Source: a bacterium (GTDB lineage: Bacteria; Patescibacteriota; Dojkabacteria; JAKAPS01; JAJZLI01). From it: a stretch of 46,384 nt of DNA. The DNA is taken from NCBI GenBank assembly GCA_021791275.1, contig JAJYWX010000034.1, forward strand, positions 1-46,384. Direction: 5' to 3'. The notes below the pieces were generated by a model that worked only from the letters and a program-made list of their open reading frames with translations, searched no databases and was not told the DNA's origin. The stretch's first letter is position 1, and each line of letters opens with the position of its first letter. Positions 30,367-40,221 of the stretch are shown here, one piece after another. The position numbers and the translations under genes are program-made.

Positions 30367-32016
30367 CTACATTTTTTTTACAACATTTATTCCTAGAAGA
30401 TTTAATCCTGTTTTTATTGTTTCTTGAACATTTTTTGTTAATAATATTCTTGTATACTTTATATTTTGATCTTTTTCTTTTAGTATTGGATATTTTGAAT
30501 AGATAAAATTGTATCTCTTACATACTGTTAAAAGATAGTCTACTAATATATTAGGAGATAATTTTGCAGAATCGACATAGTCATTAAATTTATATAGCAA
30601 TCTAGCCAAATTCTGTTCTTGTTCATTAGATATGGAAATATCTTTTTGGCTGTCTAAATTTGTAGATTTTTGGATTATACTGTTACATCTTACATATGTA
30701 TATTGTATGTAGACACTAGTATCACCATTGAAATCTAATAATTTATTCCATTCAAATATGATATCTGATGAATAGTGTCTTTTTAATATATTAAATTTTA
30801 TGGCTCCTATAGCGATTTTTTTTACAGAATCTTCATTATCGATACCTCTTTCTTCTAAAAGTCCCTTAGCTCTTTTGAAAGATTCATCTATTATTTCTTC
30901 AAGCTTTATTATGTTTCCTTTTCTTGTAGAAAATTTTTCACCTCCAGAAAGTTTTATAATTCCATGAGATATAAGTATAAGTTGAGTTTTATTTTTATCG
31001 TATAGATTTAATAACTCTGCAGCTTTAAACATTTGTTCTATTATATTTTTCTGATCTGAACCTATTTCATATATGATTATGTTCTCCTTAAGCTTTTGGG
31101 CTCTATACTCTATTGTTGCAAGATCATGTGTAGAATAAAGAGTTGTCCCGTCAGATTTTTCTATAATAAGAGGTTTTTTATTGGGATCAGTGTATATTAC
31201 TACTGCGCCATTTTCCTTTGTGGCAATTTTTTTCTCTAAGGCGTTATTAATTATTTGTTTTGCCATATTTGCATAAAAGCTTTCTCCTAATGTATTTTCG
31301 AATTTAATTTCAAGTAGATCATATACATTATTGAAATTATCCATACTCCATTTGATTATTTTTTCCCATTGTGAAATTATGGCCTTATCATTTTCAGATA
31401 GTTTTTTGTATAGCTCTTTGGCTTTAATGGTTAATTCTGGATTCTTTTCTTCTTCTTTGTGAAATTTTATATATAGCTTATTTAGCTCATTAATTGGGTC
31501 TTTTTCTATTATAGAATAGTCTCCCCAATTATTGATTGCATATATTAGTTTTCCAAATTGTACTCCCCAATCTCCTATATGATTATCATTTGTTACTTCA
31601 TATTTTAAGTATTTGTAAATTCTATATATGCTATCACCTATTATTGTTGTTGTTGCATGAGATACACTAAAAGGCTTTGCTATATTTGGAGATGAATATT
31701 CAACTAATACTTTTTCGCTCCTTTTTTTAATTTCAGGTTTATTTCCTCTTAGATAATCTATAATAGAATTATCATTTATAAATATGTTTAGAAAAAAGTT
31801 TACTGCTTCTATCTTGTAATGCTCTAAATTTTTTGAAAGGTATTCAAATAATTCATTTTTATCAATATCGTATTTAGAGTTTAGCTTAAGTATTATATTT
31901 GATGAATAGTCTCCGAAACTATCTTCCTTGGGAATACTTATTTCTACAGTCTCTAGTATTTTATATTTTTTATATATTAAATTTTGAATTTTTTTTGAAA
32001 GAAGGTCTTTTTCCAT
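30367..32016 (-). CDS. argS: Arginine--tRNA ligase
   Basis: FGDYSSN, EYSSPNIAKPFSVSH, NHIGDWG.QFG, KSDG..LY, KFSTRKGN and YIQYTYVR motifs. Confidence 0.96.
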   Translation of the reverse strand: MEKDLLSKKIQNLIYKKYKILETVEISIPKEDSFGDYSSNIILKLNSKYDIDKNELFEYLSKNLEHYKIEAVNFFLNIFINDNSIIDYLRGNKPEIKKRSEKVLVEYSSPNIAKPFSVSHATTTIIGDSIYRIYKYLKYEVTNDNHIGDWGVQFGKLIYAINNWGDYSIIEKDPINELNKLYIKFHKEEEKNPELTIKAKELYKKLSENDKAIISQWEKIIKWSMDNFNNVYDLLEIKFENTLGESFYANMAKQIINNALEKKIATKENGAVVIYTDPNKKPLIIEKSDGTTLYSTHDLATIEYRAQKLKENIIIYEIGSDQKNIIEQMFKAAELLNLYDKNKTQLILISHGIIKLSGGEKFSTRKGNIIKLEEIIDESFKRAKGLLEERGIDNEDSVKKIAIGAIKFNILKRHYSSDIIFEWNKLLDFNGDTSVYIQYTYVRCNSIIQKSTNLDSQKDISISNEQEQNLARLLYKFNDYVDSAKLSPNILVDYLLTVCKRYNFIYSKYPILKEKDQNIKYTRILLTKNVQETIKTGLNLLGINVVKKM

Positions 32017-32058
32017 TCAATAATTTTAACATAACTGAAAGAAAATCAGGAACATGGC

Positions 32059-32085
32059 CCCATAGTAACAATATTTAACTATGGG
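32059..32085. promoter_or_regulatory. Inverted repeat CCCATAGT-N11-ACTATGGG in the divergent argS/cydA spacer
   Basis: Perfect 8-bp GC-containing arms, upstream of the cydA -10 TATAAT (32111-32116). Confidence 0.5.
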
Positions 32086-32122
32086 TCTTTTATAGTTTCT
32101 TTAATCTTAATATAATAAAAAT

Positions 32123-33439
32123 ATGAACAATCTTTTATATGCAAGATCCCTCATGGGGATGTCTTTAGGGTTTCATATAATATTTGCATATTTGGGTGTT
32201 GGAATACCTCTTTTAATCTCTTTGGCTGAGCTTATAGGTATTGTCAGAAAAAATGATAATTTATTAATTTTTGCAAAAAGATTGTCATACGCATTAGTGA
32301 TACTTTTTGCAATTGGAGCTGCATCAGGAACTGCTGTTGCTTTTGAATTATCATTACTTTGGCCTCCTTTCATGTCATTTATATCAAAAGTTGATATATT
32401 CCCTTTTGCATTAGAAGGTATAGCTTTCGTTATTGAAGTTATATTTTTAGGTATATATATATATAATTGGGACAAATTTAAAAATAGGCTATACCATTGG
32501 ATCTGCTCTATTCCTATTGTTCTTGCATCTCTAGCATCTGCAGCTCTTATTACTACTGTAAATGCATTTATGAATACTCCTGCAGGATTTAAATATGTTA
32601 ATGGAAAGATAACAGATATAGAACCTATAAAAGCATTAATGAATCCTACTTCTTTTGTTGAAGTATTTCATGTTGCAGCAACAGCTTATCTTGCTACATT
32701 TTTTACAATAGGAGCTATTTATGCCTTTTATATTATCAAAGGTAAGAAGGAGAAGTATTATAAAAATGTACTAAATCTATGTATGATTTTGGTATTAATA
32801 TTTTCAATAATTACTGCATTCTCAGGAGATCTTCAGGGTAAAGCAGTTGCAAAATTTAATCCAGAAAAACTTGCAGCTTCAGAAAGTGTATTTCATACAC
32901 ATTCTGGAGTATCTGAGCGAATTGGGGGTATTTTTTCAAATGACCATTTACTTTATGCACTCAAAGTTCCTGATCTTCTAAGTTTTCTTGCCTATGGATC
33001 AATTAATGCTAAGGTTGTTGGACTCTATTCTTTCCCAAAAAGTAGTTGGCCCCCACTTTTTATACATTATACTTTTGATACAATGGTCATATTGGGAACT
33101 ATATATGTAATCTACTCTTTTATTTACTTTTTAGGTCTTTTAATTAAAAAGAAAACAGAAATTTTGTATCATAAATGGAACCTTTGGGTCTTAGTCATAA
33201 TGGGGATGAGCTCCTTTATTGCAGTTGAATGTGGATGGGTATCTGCTGAAGTTGGAAGATATCCTTGGATAATCTATCATGTGATGAGGATAAAGGATGC
33301 TATCACTGCTTCAGCATATGTTCCTTTTATATTCTATCTTTTCTTACTAACCTTTATATTTTTATTTATTATGATGGTATTTCTTCTTGTTCAATTCTTT
33401 AAGAGGAGGCCAATTTATAGAGATGGAAAAATAACATGA
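32123..33439 (+). CDS. cydA: Cytochrome bd ubiquinol oxidase subunit I (short Q-loop)
   Basis: GFHIIF, FALEG.AF..E, NAFMNTPAG, VFHV, PEKLAASE, FDTMV and ECGW..AEVGRYPW motifs. Confidence 0.93.
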   Translation: MNNLLYARSLMGMSLGFHIIFAYLGVGIPLLISLAELIGIVRKNDNLLIFAKRLSYALVILFAIGAASGTAVAFELSLLWPPFMSFISKVDIFPFALEGIAFVIEVIFLGIYIYNWDKFKNRLYHWICSIPIVLASLASAALITTVNAFMNTPAGFKYVNGKITDIEPIKALMNPTSFVEVFHVAATAYLATFFTIGAIYAFYIIKGKKEKYYKNVLNLCMILVLIFSIITAFSGDLQGKAVAKFNPEKLAASESVFHTHSGVSERIGGIFSNDHLLYALKVPDLLSFLAYGSINAKVVGLYSFPKSSWPPLFIHYTFDTMVILGTIYVIYSFIYFLGLLIKKKTEILYHKWNLWVLVIMGMSSFIAVECGWVSAEVGRYPWIIYHVMRIKDAITASAYVPFIFYLFLLTFIFLFIMMVFLLVQFFKRRPIYRDGKIT

Positions 33440-34398
33440 TTGAATATTTTTTATTAAACCTTTTATTATTTGTTTATCTTACTCTTGTATCCATAGAATT
33501 TGGTAATTCTATTTACTATTATGTATTTTCAAAAGTAGATGTAAATATATCTAAAGTTATATTTAGATATATTTCTCCAATATGGGAATTAACAAACACT
33601 TTTCTAGTACTTTTTATTGTATTTCTTATTGCCCTCTATCCTTTAGCTCCATTTATATATGGGACTATTATGCTTGTTCCTATAGGTATAGCATTATTCT
33701 TCTTTCTTATTAGAGCATTTTCATTTGTATATATATATGAATTTGATGAAAATAGCATACTATTTAAAACTCTTTATGGAGTAAGTAGTTTCTTTATTCC
33801 AATATTTTTAGTTACTTATTTCTCTGTTTCAATTTTTAACAATATAAAAGTTATAGGATCATTCATATCCTATTCTGTATCATCAATAATGTTTTCTCCT
33901 CTATCACTCGCACTTATGTTATTTGCAATATTAAATATATTGTATCTTTCAGCATCATTTTTACTTATGTATACTAAAGAGGATAAAAAATTAATACCGG
34001 AAATGTCAGGATTTTTTATTATTCTATCTAGTATTATGATATTCACAGTATCTTTGTTTTTTTATATTTTCAGATCAATTCCTTTTTTCTCAAATATATT
34101 AAATAACTACTTTTTACTCTTATTTCTTTATTTATTTTTATTTGTACTTTCACAGGGATTGCTTATATTCAAAGAGTATAGATACATTTTCTCTTTTTCA
34201 CTTCTACAAATGTTTCTTTTATATATAATTTATACATTAGGGAATTATCCTTATATATTATATAGAAATATAACCTTATATCAGTTAAATAATTCTCAAA
34301 TGTTACATGCAATTCTTTTTGTTGTTATTTTGGCTTTAATATTGATAATTCCATCTTTGATATTCTTTATATATTTTTTAAGAAGGAAGAGTAAGTAA
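33436..34398 (+). CDS. cydB: Cytochrome bd oxidase subunit II (divergent)
   Basis: SIEFG, YISPIWELTNTFLV and YPYIL motifs; multi-TM; ATGA-coupled to cydA. Confidence 0.85.
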   Translation: MIEYFLLNLLLFVYLTLVSIEFGNSIYYYVFSKVDVNISKVIFRYISPIWELTNTFLVLFIVFLIALYPLAPFIYGTIMLVPIGIALFFFLIRAFSFVYIYEFDENSILFKTLYGVSSFFIPIFLVTYFSVSIFNNIKVIGSFISYSVSSIMFSPLSLALMLFAILNILYLSASFLLMYTKEDKKLIPEMSGFFIILSSIMIFTVSLFFYIFRSIPFFSNILNNYFLLLFLYLFLFVLSQGLLIFKEYRYIFSFSLLQMFLLYIIYTLGNYPYILYRNITLYQLNNSQMLHAILFVVILALILIIPSLIFFIYFLRRKSK

Positions 34399-34412
34399 AA
34401 ATTTTAAATACT

Positions 34413-34468
34413 AAAAGATCCCTTTTGGAAAATATATTATAAAAATATATTCCCTCTAGGGATCTTTT
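34413..34468. terminator. Bidirectional terminator-like hairpin between convergent cydB and the MMPL gene
   Basis: AAAAGATCCC ... GGGATCTTTT outer arms with inner AATATATT arms. Confidence 0.6.
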
Positions 34469-34470
34469 GC

Positions 34471-34528
34471 TGGTCTTGATAAGCATTTCTCTACGAAGAA
34501 CGTAGATAAGTGCATTATTTGAAGACCA
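34471..34528 (+). other. Long imperfect stem-loop
   Basis: Pairs TGGTCTT/AAGACCA, GATAA/TTATT, GCATTT/AAGTGC and TCTACG/CGTAGA around an AAGAA loop. Confidence 0.6.
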
Positions 34529-34535
34529 TGTGTCC

Positions 34536-36344
34536 TCAGATCATATTGTACTTTCGTACAAAAGATGGGAGAACAATTGTTCTTGCGATGAATGCTTCAA
34601 TCAGAAATGCCAGAGCGAGTAGCTCAGCTAACTGAATAATTGATGCATTCATGCTGACGATAGAGAACCCAGAGAGCACAGTAAACATTGCAAATGCTCC
34701 ACCCATTACTGGGAGTGATGTTCTCTTTATGCTGTTTTGGATGAAATCTGCTTCCCCTCTTTTTTTTCTTTTTCTCATGTCATTGATTATGAGAATGTGG
34801 TAGTAAGTTGCAAACCCAACGTATACCGGGATTGCGATGATGGGGTCAACTATGTTGTAGACGTTGTACCCTGTGATTTTACTACCAATAATCATAATCC
34901 CAAATGCTGCTCCTAAGGGGAGAAGTTTCAGTAGCACAGTTAAAAGTGCTAGGTGAAACTTTTTGAACAGTACCAAGCTCAAAAGGAAAGGTATTGCTAC
35001 AAGTTCCAATGGTATTAACCATGGGAGTGAGTTACCCAACCTTTTGTTAAAATCAATGATAGTTTCTCCGGCTCCTCCTATTTCTACTTTTGGGAATGAT
35101 TCTTGTATTTTTTGAATCATTCTTGATTGTTCCATTGCAGGAATAGTTGTGGGGATGTAAACTACTCCTTTGTTGATTTTCCCATGAAATTCTTTTGCTA
35201 AAGAAACCTCCTCTTTGGCGTCTCCTATCACTACTACTGGAAAAAGACTTTCCTGAGGGAAAATCCTTGATATTTCCTCGGTAGTAGTTTGGATTTTACC
35301 TGCAGGCTCTGTCTGATTCAACAGTGGAATACTCAGATTCTCTGTATTCTTAACAGGATTCTGAGGGTTTCCAATCCTTAGGATAGATATTGGAAGTGAT
35401 AGAACTACTAACACTCCAATAAATATCCACCCCACCTTGTGAGACCTTATTCTTGTTACCTTGAAAGGTAGCTTATTTTTAGTCTCAAGGATTCTTGACC
35501 TATTTGCATAGATTAAGAATGGGGTTACTGTCGAATTCAAGATTACGCTTACTACTGCAGTGATGCATACTGCAAGCCCCATTGATCTTACAACTTTTTG
35601 ATCTATAAAGATCAAAGGAATGCTTGTAAGAACAAGTGCAATGCCTGCTTTGAGAATGACCTCCTTAAGAAGTGAGAACACTTCTTTCATGCTTTCCGTC
35701 TCCCTATATGTATGAATCATCCCTAAGGGATAATCTACATTTGTAGAGAGTGCAATTGTGTTTGCTGTAGTTGCAGCAAGAATTGAAACTGGTGAAAGGA
35801 AGTGTACTAGGTAAAGAATAAAGTACACTATTCCTACTGTCAGTAATGCTACTGAAAGAGGAATTACTGAAACAAAGAAAGCTCCAAACAGAAGGATCAT
35901 TACAGGAAGAAGAAAAATACTACTTCCTAGGTCAGAAACTTCAGTTTGTGTTTTGATTTGGTTCAGTTCACCGTATTCAATTGCTGGAACTCCAGAAACT
36001 TGTGCGATTCCCTTAACCTTTGATTCCACTTCTTGTAAAGTGGAGATTGATCCCGATTCTGAAGGAAAATTTCCTACGTAAGTTAGCAGAAAAATTTCCC
36101 CTTTTGAATCAACGGATGAAAGGGTCAAAGAGTGGAAAGGCTTAAGAAGTTTTTCAGTCTCAGCTTTTTTTTGAGTGAGTATCAGGATAGATGTATTTTC
36201 ACTTAAGTGAGAAAATACATATTCCTCTTCTGTATGAGGGGTGTTCCAGCCAGACAAACTTTCATTCATCTGAAGTGCTAGAAACCCATATACAGCGATT
36301 GCGGCAATTACTATTAAAAGTAATCGCCTCCTGTGGGATTTCAT
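34536..36344 (-). CDS. MMPL/RND-family transporter (divergent, higher GC)
   Basis: Two RND halves, VSGVPA and IGGAG linkers, TM4 NVDY motif, AGGAGA Shine-Dalgarno upstream. Confidence 0.8.
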   Translation of the reverse strand: MKSHRRRLLLIVIAAIAVYGFLALQMNESLSGWNTPHTEEEYVFSHLSENTSILILTQKKAETEKLLKPFHSLTLSSVDSKGEIFLLTYVGNFPSESGSISTLQEVESKVKGIAQVSGVPAIEYGELNQIKTQTEVSDLGSSIFLLPVMILLFGAFFVSVIPLSVALLTVGIVYFILYLVHFLSPVSILAATTANTIALSTNVDYPLGMIHTYRETESMKEVFSLLKEVILKAGIALVLTSIPLIFIDQKVVRSMGLAVCITAVVSVILNSTVTPFLIYANRSRILETKNKLPFKVTRIRSHKVGWIFIGVLVVLSLPISILRIGNPQNPVKNTENLSIPLLNQTEPAGKIQTTTEEISRIFPQESLFPVVVIGDAKEEVSLAKEFHGKINKGVVYIPTTIPAMEQSRMIQKIQESFPKVEIGGAGETIIDFNKRLGNSLPWLIPLELVAIPFLLSLVLFKKFHLALLTVLLKLLPLGAAFGIMIIGSKITGYNVYNIVDPIIAIPVYVGFATYYHILIINDMRKRKKRGEADFIQNSIKRTSLPVMGGAFAMFTVLSGFSIVSMNASIIQLAELLALAFLIEAFIARTIVLPSFVRKYNMI

Positions 36345-36457
36345 CTAAAGTTCTCCTTTTTTCGTCCAATTGTGAAAGAACTGCCATTATTATATCAAAT
36401 GGAAGTCGTATAGTAAATAAATATGAGGTTTATGAGGGAGGATTTTTATATCTTACT

Positions 36458-36799
36458 TTAAAGTATAAATATTGATATCAAAAGTATTATTAATACCAAT
36501 GATGTTATATACACAAATTTAGTATTTTTTTCCTGTTTAAACATGAATATCGAGAATATTACTCTCGAAAGAGGAGTAAGTATTAATATTAGTATTGGTA
36601 AAAAAACAAATGATGTTAATGTAAAATGCTGTATATAATTTATATAGAAAAAACTGTATATACTAGTATATTTGTATATATGTGAGATTCTATTATGACT
36701 AAAAGAAAAAATTATTCCAATTAAAGCTAATATAAAACTTAGACTGACTCCAATTCTTAAGATATAACTTATATATTTATTATAATCTATTTTCTTCAT
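36458..36799 (-). CDS. DUF1634-family membrane protein
   Basis: ILRIGV..S and LILTPLSRV motifs, 3 TM segments, coupled downstream of a TSUP gene as is typical. Confidence 0.8.
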   Translation of the reverse strand: MKKIDYNKYISYILRIGVSLSFILALIGIIFSFSHNRISHIYKYTSIYSFFYINYIQHFTLTSFVFLPILILILTPLSRVIFSIFMFKQEKNTKFVYITSLVLIILLISIFIL

Positions 36800-37626
36800 A
36801 ATAATCCCACCCCCCTTAAAACCATTTCTATAGCTATTATTAAAAGTATTATTGAGAATATAACTTTTAGATTTTGATTAGAAGTTTTTCTAAGTATTTT
36901 TGTCCCCAATAGAGATCCTATAAATATACCTGCCATTACAGGTAATGCTAAATAAGGGTTGATATATCCTTTTATAAGATAGATTACGGAGGATGCCAGT
37001 GCAGTGACGCCTATCATGAAATTAGAAGTTGTTGTAGAAACTTTCATTGGTATATGCATAATATCATCCATTGCAATTACCTTAAATACACCACTTCCAA
37101 TACCTAGTAGTCCTGAAGCAAAACCTGCTATATACATCATAATAAGTCCATATGGAGTATTATTTACACCATACTTATACACTACTCCATCATTATCCGT
37201 ATAAGATGATGCAAGTTCTAATTTTTTTGAAATATAGTCATTTTGGATTCCTTCTTTATTATTTTCTCTTTTCATGATCATAGGATATATACTTATTATT
37301 AGTACAAAAGCAAATATAAAAAAGAGTATTTGAGGGTTTATGATCCCAAGTAGAGTGGCCCCAGAAATAGCCCCTGTAGTTGTGGCAATTTCTAAAAACA
37401 TACCAGTTTTTAAATTTATTAGTTTATCTTTTAAATAAACAGATGCTGCACCAGAAGATGTTGCAATTACAGATATTATGCTAGCACCTATAGCTTCTCT
37501 TATATTTATATGATAAAGAAGTATTAATATAGGTATTATAACTATACCTCCCCCAATACCTAGCAGAGATCCTATAATCCCTGCTATTATAGCAAGCAGT
37601 ATTAGACTTATATAAAAAGTAAGCAT
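36796..37626 (-). CDS. TauE/SafE (TSUP) family transporter
   Basis: GSLLGIGGG, AIGASI..VIATSSG, SGLLGIGSG..KV and TSNFMIGVTA motifs. Confidence 0.92.
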   Translation of the reverse strand: MLTFYISLILLAIIAGIIGSLLGIGGGIVIIPILILLYHINIREAIGASIISVIATSSGAASVYLKDKLINLKTGMFLEIATTTGAISGATLLGIINPQILFFIFAFVLIISIYPMIMKRENNKEGIQNDYISKKLELASSYTDNDGVVYKYGVNNTPYGLIMMYIAGFASGLLGIGSGVFKVIAMDDIMHIPMKVSTTTSNFMIGVTALASSVIYLIKGYINPYLALPVMAGIFIGSLLGTKILRKTSNQNLKVIFSIILLIIAIEMVLRGVGLL

Positions 37627-37683
37627 TTGAGATATTCTAACATTAATAGTAATTTATATAAACTTTTTATTACTATTTAAGAT

Positions 37684-37911
37684 TTATTCTACTTTATCTA
37701 TTGTATATTCAATTACCCCAGATTCTGTTTTTACTTTTACAATGTCATTTTTTTTCTTACCTAGAAGCATCTCTCCTACAGGAGATGTTTTGGTTATCTT
37801 TCCTAAAATTGGATCTGGATTATTTTCAACTATAACAAATTTGTATAGCTTATTCTCTTTTTTTGCATATACTGTAGAGCCTATTTTTACTATATTTTGT
37901 GCTTTGCTCAT
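37684..37911 (-). CDS. Stand-alone GreA/GreB C-terminal domain protein
   Basis: VKIGSTV, DP..GKI...SPVG..LLGKK.ND.V and Y.I..VE motifs; no N-terminal coiled coil. Confidence 0.8.
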   Translation of the reverse strand: MSKAQNIVKIGSTVYAKKENKLYKFVIVENNPDPILGKITKTSPVGEMLLGKKKNDIVKVKTESGVIEYTIDKVE

Positions 37912-37967
37912 ATTAATTCATTATATATCATAATACTTAAATTAATGCATTGCTATGTGTAGCAAAT

Positions 37968-40220
37968 TTAGGTTGTTTGTTTATGTAATAAATCTTGGCT
38001 ATGGAATTCGTTATCATTAGTATTAGTTTCTGTGGCTATTGGAATTGTAAATGAGAATGTAGATCCTTTACCTTCTTTACTATCTATCCATATTTTTCCA
38101 CCCATTCTTTCTACTAATCCTTTTACAACATAGAGTCCAAGTCCAGTTCCTCCAGGTCTTACTAATAGATGTTTAGTATCTTTAGGGTCGTTTGGATTAC
38201 CTACATAGTTATTTAATCTATGGAATTTCTGAAATAGTTCTGGTATATCTTTTTGAGGAATACCTACTCCATGATCTTTTATATGTACTGTGATAAACAT
38301 TTCATCTTTTTCTGTACTGATTTCTATAGCACCTCTTTCTGAATATTTAATAGCATTAGAAATCAAGTTTCCTAATACCTCTTCTATTTTTGTTCTATCT
38401 CCATATGCCATAGGTAAATCATTTTTATTATATATTATTTTTAATCCTTTACTCTCTGCATCTTTTTTAAATCCATCTACTTGGGATTCTATCATGCTGA
38501 CAAGATTTACATTTTCTTGAACGATTGGCACATCGGATTTCCCCATTCTAGAAGCTTCAAGAAGGGTATTAATTATCCTTATTTCACTTTCAATACTTTC
38601 AATACTTCTATCGATATATCTATTTAATTTCTCTATATATTCATTATTTTTTTTGTTATTTGGTAAAGTATTGATATATTCTTTTATTGTAGATTGAGCC
38701 ATATATACATTACCTTTTACAATACTTGCAGGGGTTCTAAGTTCATGTGAAGAAATAGAAATTAAATCATCTTTAAGTTGATCTAAGCCTTTCAAATCTT
38801 TATTGGCTTTTTCTAACTTCTTATTATTATTTTCTAACTCCTTTGTAGCTGAATCTATTTTTTCTTTAAGATGAGATATTAAATCTATATTTTCTTGAAA
38901 TAAAAATTCTCTATCTATGGCAATTTCTAAAAAGTCTATAATTCTAGTTAATATCTGTTGTTCTTCAATATCAAAAAAATCTTTATATATTTTATCTCCT
39001 ATTATTAATAGACCAAAGTCTCTAGATTTTAAATGTAAGGGAAAGATAAAAGATATACTATTTTTGTTCATATAGCGATATAATTTATCATTTTTTAATT
39101 TAAAATTATATATATAGTTTGAGGTTTTGAATATATTTAATGTTTCATCAAATGAAATTTTATAATTAAAATTTTCTCCTAGAATTTGTGTATTAGTATT
39201 TTGATATATAACAATACCAATTTTTTTTATATTAAAAATAGCCTTTATTTTATATAGTATTTTATTTATATTATATGTCATACTTATTTCTTTTATTATA
39301 TTCTCACTAGAGGTTTTTATTTCTTCAAAATTGTCAAATTTAATTATTTTGTTAATAATTTTCTTTATAGTTTTTGAGAAAATGAAATATAAAATAAATA
39401 ATGTTAATACAGATAAGAATATATAACTAATAGTGTTGTTACTATAATATTTATTAAATATTTTATAACTACTATATAAAAGAAAGAAGTATATAAAGAT
39501 GAAAAAAATAATGGCTAATATATAGAATATTGTTTGGGATAAGGTACTTTTTATGTTATGGAAATTTTTATTAATAATTGCTAAGTATGTAAATACTGAC
39601 ATAGATAATAAAGAAAGAGTTCCAATATTAATGTAAGAATATATATTAAATATAAGAGGAAGAATTATTTGGGTAATTGATAGAAATAATACAGATATTA
39701 AAGTTCCAAACAAGAAATAGTATAGTTTAGCTTTATTAATACCAAAAGAGATCTTTATTTTTTTGATAATGATATATATAGACAGAAAAATTAATCCGAT
39801 TAATAGAATAATATACAACGCAAACATTTTCCCAATTAATAGAGTATGTACACCATTTATTAATGATTCTTTATAGTCTATTGACGATGTTAATAAGGTT
39901 AAAAAAGATACTATTAAAAATAATATATTGATTATCCATGTTAATATTTTATTGAAAGATATTTTAAATGGAAAGTTTAATATAAAATAAAAAAAGCAAA
40001 ATATAAATACTAATGAATAAAAGAAATTTATTCTGCCTAGAAAAGTAATTACGCTATTAGTAGCATTCTCATATAAATATATTGATACAATCCATGATAT
40101 TAAAGAAAGAACGTAAAGCAAATATTGATAAAAATATTCTTCTTTTTCTTTCCTGAATAATAATAATAATATTGTTATTATATTAGTTATTATTATTATT
40201 GAATCGATTATTATATTCAT
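37968..40220 (-). CDS. Orphan sensor histidine kinase: N-terminal multi-TM (HisKA_7TM-like), degenerate GAF, HisKA, HATPase
   Basis: About 8 hydrophobic helices; FPL....GLLIIGDK...F..EE GAF-like segment; SHELRTP, NLISNAIKY, DHGVGI and GGTGLGL boxes. Confidence 0.9.
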   Translation of the reverse strand: MNIIIDSIIIITNIITILLLLFRKEKEEYFYQYLLYVLSLISWIVSIYLYENATNSVITFLGRINFFYSLVFIFCFFYFILNFPFKISFNKILTWIINILFLIVSFLTLLTSSIDYKESLINGVHTLLIGKMFALYIILLIGLIFLSIYIIIKKIKISFGINKAKLYYFLFGTLISVLFLSITQIILPLIFNIYSYINIGTLSLLSMSVFTYLAIINKNFHNIKSTLSQTIFYILAIIFFIFIYFFLLYSSYKIFNKYYSNNTISYIFLSVLTLFILYFIFSKTIKKIINKIIKFDNFEEIKTSSENIIKEISMTYNINKILYKIKAIFNIKKIGIVIYQNTNTQILGENFNYKISFDETLNIFKTSNYIYNFKLKNDKLYRYMNKNSISFIFPLHLKSRDFGLLIIGDKIYKDFFDIEEQQILTRIIDFLEIAIDREFLFQENIDLISHLKEKIDSATKELENNNKKLEKANKDLKGLDQLKDDLISISSHELRTPASIVKGNVYMAQSTIKEYINTLPNNKKNNEYIEKLNRYIDRSIESIESEIRIINTLLEASRMGKSDVPIVQENVNLVSMIESQVDGFKKDAESKGLKIIYNKNDLPMAYGDRTKIEEVLGNLISNAIKYSERGAIEISTEKDEMFITVHIKDHGVGIPQKDIPELFQKFHRLNNYVGNPNDPKDTKHLLVRPGGTGLGLYVVKGLVERMGGKIWIDSKEGKGSTFSFTIPIATETNTNDNEFHSQDLLHKQTT

Positions 40221-40221
40221 T

